Below, piece by piece: positions 58,040 through 64,000 of a DNA stretch of 64,000 nucleotides. The notes below the pieces were generated by a model. It was not told the DNA's origin. It saw only the letters and a program-made list of their open reading frames with translations, and searched no databases. Made by a program: the position numbers and the translations under genes. Numbering within the stretch: position 1 is the stretch's first letter; every line of letters starts with the position of its first letter. The stretch is from Felis catus (taxonomy: Eukaryota), in assembly GCF_018350175.1 (NCBI RefSeq), contig NC_058369.1, positions 1,614,001-1,678,000 of the forward strand, given 5' to 3'.

Positions 58040-58160
58040 GCCACGCCCACGGGAGGCGCCACGCCCACGGGAGGCGCCACGCCCACGGGAGGCGCCACGC
58101 CCACGGGAGGCGCCACGCCCACGGGAGGCGCCACGCCCACGGGAGGCGCCACGCCCACGG
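58040..58160 (+). repeat. Minisatellite with 18-bp unit GCCACGCCCACGGGAGGC, about 6.7 copies
   Basis: Six perfect units plus a 13-bp partial, read directly from the sequence. Confidence 0.97.
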
Positions 58161-60199
58161 TTCCCGAGACCACGCGGCTGGTGGTCCGTCCACGGATTGA
58201 ATGTAATTCCAAAACCAGGCTCATGGGGAGACGAGACCCAGGGGCAGTCTGGCTGCGTCCTGCCACACTGCCCTGTGCCCCTGCGTGCCTGACCCCTTGC
58301 ACCCAGAGGCTTTGGGGTCAGGACTGGCATGGGCTTCGTACCCCCGTGGTCCCCGTGCGCTCACAGAGGGCTTACGGAGTAGGGCCTACGGTGCTCCTGG
58401 GTCTGAGGGTTCAAACACGCACGGGGGTCCCAGGAGCCTCACGACCACTGAAGGACTGGCCCCTGTCTGTGCTCGCGGCGGGTGCTGCAGACGTGGGAGG
58501 CCCTGCACAGTCACCAGGGTCCCAGAGGACCCTGAGTGACATCTAATGACGAAACGTCTTAGCTTTATGCTTCCCGCCTAGCAGTTTCCCGGCGAATCCG
58601 GGACTCTGAGTCCTGGGAATGTTTGCCCAAGGACGAGAGCAGACTTCCCTGCCAGCTTCTGACAGGGCCGCCCACGTGCTCTCGAGAAACCCGCGCATTC
58701 CCTGGAAGGCGGGGTCACCTCCGCACCCCATGGAGGACCCTTGAGAGGGCTTCTCAGGATCATATTTCTGTCTCCTCGGCCCTCCTGACGTGGGCTGGGT
58801 GAGCCGCGGCTTCCGTCTCGGTGCGTCAGACGCAGTAACGGGAGCTAAGGCTGCGGGTCAGGCCCAGACACAGCAGGCTCGGAGATGTCACCCAGCCCCT
58901 GTGTCTGGCCAGGGCGCTCAGCGTGACTGCGTCTGCGCTGCCCACGGGGGAGGCAGGGCAAACAGGTACCCGAGACCCGCTGGGGGTCGGCGGGCTGCAC
59001 CTCGGTGCGGCGGCGTGCACGGCCAAGGTGCAGACAGGGGCCCCGGGGCAGCCCCGCGCCTGTGGGGATCCCGGAGGTTCCGCGCCAGTGGAAGAGCGGG
59101 TCTGCTGCCTGTCTCCCCGGCACACGCCCAGGGCTGGCGGCCCCTCAGGGGAGCTGACGCAGCCCCTCTGTCCGGCTGGGGTATCAGCTCCGCCCTCACG
59201 GTGTTTTCCAGTTGTACAGGAAACAACGACAGCCAGACAGAAAGGCCCGCGCTCCCCGTGAATTCCACACATAGCTCTCATAGCTGGGGAGACTGCTGCT
59301 CCCGCCTGCTCGCCGGGCCTGCACAGCACGGCCGGGCCGTCCCCTTACCAGAAGGGGAGGAACGAGATGCCAGTGGAGGCTTCTGAGGCTTGGCAGGCTG
59401 CGACTGCACAGAAGGAAAAGAATGTGAAAAATGCGGCTGGCGGGGCACGGGCCAGGAGAGAAGGGCCTTCGAGGAGTGGCTCCAGGTTCTGGTGGCCTGA
59501 GGGTGGTGCTGCCGAGAGCCGCAGAGGACCCCCCCCCCACCGCCCCCAGCAGCCCCCGCCCCGTTGAAAAGGAGGCAGATCAGAGATGAGGTCTGGGCTG
59601 TGGGGCAGCGGTGTTTCTGCACCCAGTGGGGTCGGGCCCCCGAGAGCTCCTTCAGGTGGACGCGACGGCACACAGAGTCTGTGGCCGGTGTGGGGAGGGG
59701 CAGCCACGGGTCTGGCGTGGGCAATTCCGGGTGCTGCACGTTCCTGGATAGCCCGGGGGACTGGCGAGGGAGTCGCGGCCCCTCGGGGACAGCCACCTGC
59801 ATTGCTTCTGCGAGGCACGAGTTCACCAGGCCCAGGTTTCCAGAGGCGGGCTCCGGGCGGACTCCCGAGCTGGGAAAACAAGGCCAGGGCTGACGGCACT
59901 GGGAGACCAGGAAAGCGGGGTTCAGGACTTGGTCCTCCCGCTAACTCCCTGCTCAACCGTATGCGTCCCCCATGCAGGCTTGTCTTCTTGAAGCAGCAGG
60001 GGCCGCCTGGCCTGGGAGATGATGGTGGGTCAGCACGCCCTGGACCTCACACCGTGAGTGCTCCTCAAGACCTCCTGCCGTCCTGGGAGCACCGGGGTGG
60101 CCCCTCCTCAGAGCCAGGGGCCGTGTGCCTGCTGGAGAGATGAGATAGGTGTGGGGGCATCCCTCTTCGATGACTCGCAGTGACCACGTATAGTCCCTT

Positions 60200-60890
60200 G
60201 GCCTTGAGTGTGGGTGGGACCTGAGCATATGACACAATCTTCCTCCAGACAAAGGTCCTGCCATGTGGCAGGCAGGAGTGGCTTTAAGAAAGGGAGACTG
60301 CCCTTGGTGGGCCTGACTTAATCAGGGGAGCCCTTAAAAGGGAGGAGGGGGGCGCCCGGGTGGCTCAGTCGGTTAAGCGACCGACTTCGGCTCAGGTCAC
60401 GATCTCACAGTTTGTGGGCTCGAGCCCCACGTCAGGCTCTGTGCTGACAGCTGGGAGCCTGGAGCTGCTTCGGATTCTGTGTCTCCCTCGCTCTCTCTGC
60501 CCCTCCCGTGCTCACACTCTGTCTCTCTCTCTCTCAAGAATAAACGTTGAAAAAAAAAAAAAAGGCGGGGCGGGGGAGAAACTGTCTGAGTCTTGAAAGG
60601 GATTTGGTGCTGAGAGATCCCCTGTTGCCGGCTCTGAAGATGGAAGGGCTGGGGCGAGGCCTGGGGGCGCTGCTGGGAGCTGGCAGCCAGCAAGGGCAGG
60701 GGGACCCCAGTCCTGCAGTTACACGGAACTGAATTCTGAAACAATGTGAATGGGCGCAGAGGGCCCCGAGCCCCAGATGAGGCCTTTCGACCTCGGCCTG
60801 GCGAGATCCCGAGCGGAGAAGCCAGCCACGCCATGGCCGACTCCTCACCTCCAGACCTGTGAGCCACTAGGCTTGTGACGGTTTGTTATC
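60200..60890 (+). mobile_element. MLT1 LTR with a nested Can-SINE (about 60350-60562)
   Basis: ggtgggcctgacttaatcaggggagcccttaaaag...gctctgaagatggaagggc...ggaactgaattctg. Confidence 0.65.
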
Positions 60891-61666
60891 CTGCGCAGCG
60901 AGCTGGCACACGGGCCAGGGTGAGGCCGCAGCAGGGTCTGCGAACTGCCGGCTGCCTGCTTCCCAGCACTCTCCGTGCCGTGGGGCCCGCAGCCTGCGGT
61001 GATGCCAGCGGGCACGCGCTACTCATCGCTGAGTGTGGACACTAGACTCAGTGCCGTTTTCCTTTTGAACCAGCTGGGGATGCAGAGGTGCTCCCAGCAG
61101 CGCCCATTAGTGGCGGGACAAAACCGTCCCAGTGGCGGTGGTGAACTGGGCCGTGAGTGCATTTCACTTGCAGACGGCAAGGCCTCCAGACATCCAGCTT
61201 GGGCCCGGCGGCTCCTCCCCAGTCCCCTTCCCGGCCTGCGGCCCGTGGGACCGGCCAGGGGGGAGCCACAGCCCCCGGAAGGTGGCTTTGAAGTGCGTGT
61301 GGGGGGGCCTGGGGGCTGCAGAGACGCCTCGTCTTCAGGGAGAACACAAACGGCCTTCAGTCTGCTTTACAACTTCCAAAACCAGCAGCTTTAAGGCCCA
61401 TCGAGCTTCTGAATTCTTTCCTCCCAGGGCCTGACGGTGTGACCCCCACCCCTGCCGACCATTAAATGGGACGAAAAAAGCCCAAACCCTCAAAACACTA
61501 ATCTGCTGCCATATCCTACTGGGGGGTGGGGTGGGGTGGGGTGGGGAGAACAATGCTGGGGGGTGGGAACAGGCCTCCCACTGCCTGCTTTCTGCACACC
61601 CGCTGGTGTGTGAGGCCTTGGCCCTACACACCTCTACGGGGAGCCTTTGCACTGTAGCCCCTAGAA

Positions 61667-61871
61667 CAGGGCTCTCACCCGGAGGTGACTGTGCCCCCGG
61701 GGGACACAGGATGGTGTCCGGGGATATCTGTGGCCCTCGCAACTGGGGGTGTCCTGGCACGGATGGGTGGGGGCCAGGGATGCTGCTCTGCCCCCACAGC
61801 ACCCAGGACGTCCCCACAGAGAACGACCTGCCCAGAATGTCAGCAGCACGGGGACGCGGAGGGAGAGACCC
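61667..61871 (+). mobile_element. MER20 (GC-shifted copy); related copies at about 44707-44872 (-), 46695-46870 (+), 48961-49164 (-) and 52257-52398 (-)
   Basis: Colinear with the MER20 consensus: tgcccccggggacac...aactgggggtgtcctggcac...ggccagggatgctgct...cccagaatgtcagcag. Confidence 0.7.
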
Positions 61872-62780
61872 CACTCTAGACTCCACAGAAACGTGCAGAC
61901 AGCACGGACAGAGCACTCTGGACCTCAGGGTGAGAAAGCCAAAGGGCAAAAAGTCGAGGCAAGTGCCTCGAGGTGTCCCCAGCAGCTGGGTCGGGGTCAC
62001 CCCCTGGCCCCCAGAGGGCTCACGCCATAGCGGGGATCTACAAAGAGCCCTGGGTGCCGTGCTGGTGTTTGAACCTTGAGACCAGGCGGACGCAAAACCT
62101 CTTTGGCCTGGCCTCTGCCGCCCACCTCCGAAGCTCCAAGCACTGGGTGCCCCCCCCTGCCCTCCGCTCCCCCCGCCTGCGGCTTCTCCAGGGTCACAGT
62201 CCCCCTGGCCTGGTGTGGGGCGGGCCGGCCACGTGAGGGCCTCCACTCAGCCTTTGTGCATCCATGACCTTTGGGTGCAGTGGGGGGCAGGAAAACTCTA
62301 GCTGGGATTTTGCCAGGTAGACATTTGTTAAGAGAAGCCGCGCACCCGCTGGAACAGCGTCTCGTGACTCCCTGTCAGCCTGGTCTTTTTGTGCGCGGGC
62401 TAAATCGGTCCCCCAGGCAGCTATATTTAGAAAGCGCTGGACACTCAGGAATGAATGAGGTGCCCACAAGCTAGGGGAAAATAGCGCTGCCTTGGGCTGG
62501 GAGTGCAGAGCCCAAGAATGAGCCGGCCTGTGGGCGCGGGCAGGGACCAAGGGTGACGATGTGGCTGATGCGGGAGCAGAAGAGAAGGCTCCTCTGTCAC
62601 CCGGAGGTCACCCGGAGGATGACGGCAGTCATGTGAGAGTGTGTGAGCTGGGAACGGCCGGGCCAGGATGCCGAGCACCCGGGGCTCATGGCACCCCTGC
62701 TCTTGGCTTCCGAGCACTGAGGCAATGCTGTCACCCAGGCCCCGTGATGGGGTAGCATGGATGCCAAGGGGCCGGGGGGC

Positions 62781-62827
62781 GGGGGAGGGGAGAGGGGAGA
62801 GGGGAGAGGGGAGAGGGGAGAGGGGAG
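62781..62827 (+). repeat. (GGGGAGA)n simple repeat
   Basis: Read directly from the sequence, about 6 units. Confidence 0.9.
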
Positions 62828-64000
62828 GACAACCCAGGCCTTCCCACCTTGGTTCAGGCAGGTCCTTCTCTTCCTGGGCCCGGACAAACTCCTATATCTC
62901 CTACAAAGCCCTGGGACAGGTCACCCCCTGAGAAGCCCCTGCTTGGCCGTCTGTGCACAACCAGTCTGCACTGAAACACCTCCTCGGGGCATCCGCAGCT
63001 CCCTGAACACTCCTTGGCCCTTTATGCATTTCCTGTGTCCTCAGTCACAATCATAAATTACCACCAATGTGGCAGCTTAGAACCACACACATACATATAT
63101 TCTCTGACAGTTCTGGAGTCAGGATTCTAACTCAGGTCTCACTGGGGCTAACACCCGGGCGTGGGCAGGGCCGGCTCTCCCGGGGCCCCAGGGAGCCCCG
63201 TGTCCCCCTTTTCTGGCTTCCAGAGGCGTCGCGTCCTAGGCCCGCGGCCCCTCATCCTCACGGCCAGCAGCGCGGGGTCTGCCCGTCTCTCTGCCTCTGG
63301 CCCTCTGCCTCCCTCTCAGGAGGACCTTGTGAGGACAGTGGGCCACCCGGAGCACCCGGGGTCACCCCCACCTCGGGGGCATGGGCTTGCGCCCACCTGC
63401 AAGGTCTCCTCTGCAATGGAAGGCATCCTTATTCACAGGGACCAAGACGGGGATCTCGGGCACCTCAGCCACTCTCCACTCTGCAGAAGGGGGACAGCCT
63501 GTCCAGGGCACACACCAAGGAGGACAAGCCTCAGAGCTGGGCTGTCGGGGCAGTTCTTTGCTCTGGGGCTCTGAGCTGCTGGCTGACACCACATCCTGGA
63601 CCGGTCAGTGGTTCCCCAGGGACGTCCCGCCCCACCTCTGATGCTGTTGGAAAGTCCTGGATAAAAGCAGACCCAGAGGGGCTCTTCCTATGGGCTGGCT
63701 GTAACTAGGGACATTTTTCATGTTAGAAACAAAGAACAACAGAATCCAACAGCCAATAATGGGACTGACTAAATAGCTTCAGAGACTTTCCTGCTGTGGG
63801 GGGTCCAGAGCCTCAAGTGGGGTCTTGCTGGGGCCACTGCTCCCCGTAGCACCAGGGTCATCTGTGGTCATCATGACTGGATGACTGAGGCGGGGGGGGG
63901 GCTCCCGGCATCGAGGGGCAGGGGCCGGGGATGCCGCTCAGCCCCCATGGCGCCCGGGACGCCCCGCAGAGAACGCCCTGGCCCGGTGTCCGCTGACGAG

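Noticed and set aside
58040..58160. Direct-repeat array as a CRISPR array or repeat-protein gene
   Set aside because: The units are contiguous with no unique spacers in a mammalian context, and open frames follow trivially from an 18-nt stop-free unit.
44390..64000. Upstream non-coding GNG7 exons
   Set aside because: No such exon could be identified from the sequence alone; they probably lie beyond the window.

Overview
This is a 64-kb window of GC-rich mammalian genomic DNA. Its many tRNA-derived Can-SINEs are of the SINEC_Fc type, which points to a cat or other felid. It contains two protein-coding genes in convergent orientation. GADD45B is complete (+ strand, 4 exons, 160 aa, CDS 13294-14528), with a CpG-island promoter carrying three NF-kB sites, a CCAAT box and a TATA-like box. 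GNG7 is represented by its 3' part (- strand, two coding exons, 68 aa ending in CaaX CIIL, CDS 44351-44271 plus 40823-40698); its upstream non-coding exons were not located here. The rest consists of orphan CpG islands or enhancer-like elements and repeats (SINEC, L1M/L1_Carn, MLT1/MLT2, MER20, MER53, MIR/L2, microsatellites). Nearly all other ORF-track entries are spurious GC-rich frames. Most notable observations: (1) ancient L1MB and MER20 copies tens of kb apart share the same GC/CpG-shifted sequence, including a 24-bp core identical in four L1MB copies, suggesting concerted GC-biased ectopic conversion; (2) a strong heat-shock element was built by tandem duplication inside an L1 relic near GADD45B; (3) a triple-MEF2/CRE CpG-island enhancer lies between the genes; (4) an 18-bp VNTR forms a KLF/SP site array in a GNG7 intron; (5) an orphan CpG island carries E2F/CHR modules; (6) GADD45B intron 3 is in frame and stop-free; (7) a uORF overlaps the GNG7 start codon. 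Repeat family names are from recalled consensus sequences and repeat boundaries are approximate; no alignments or searches were run.
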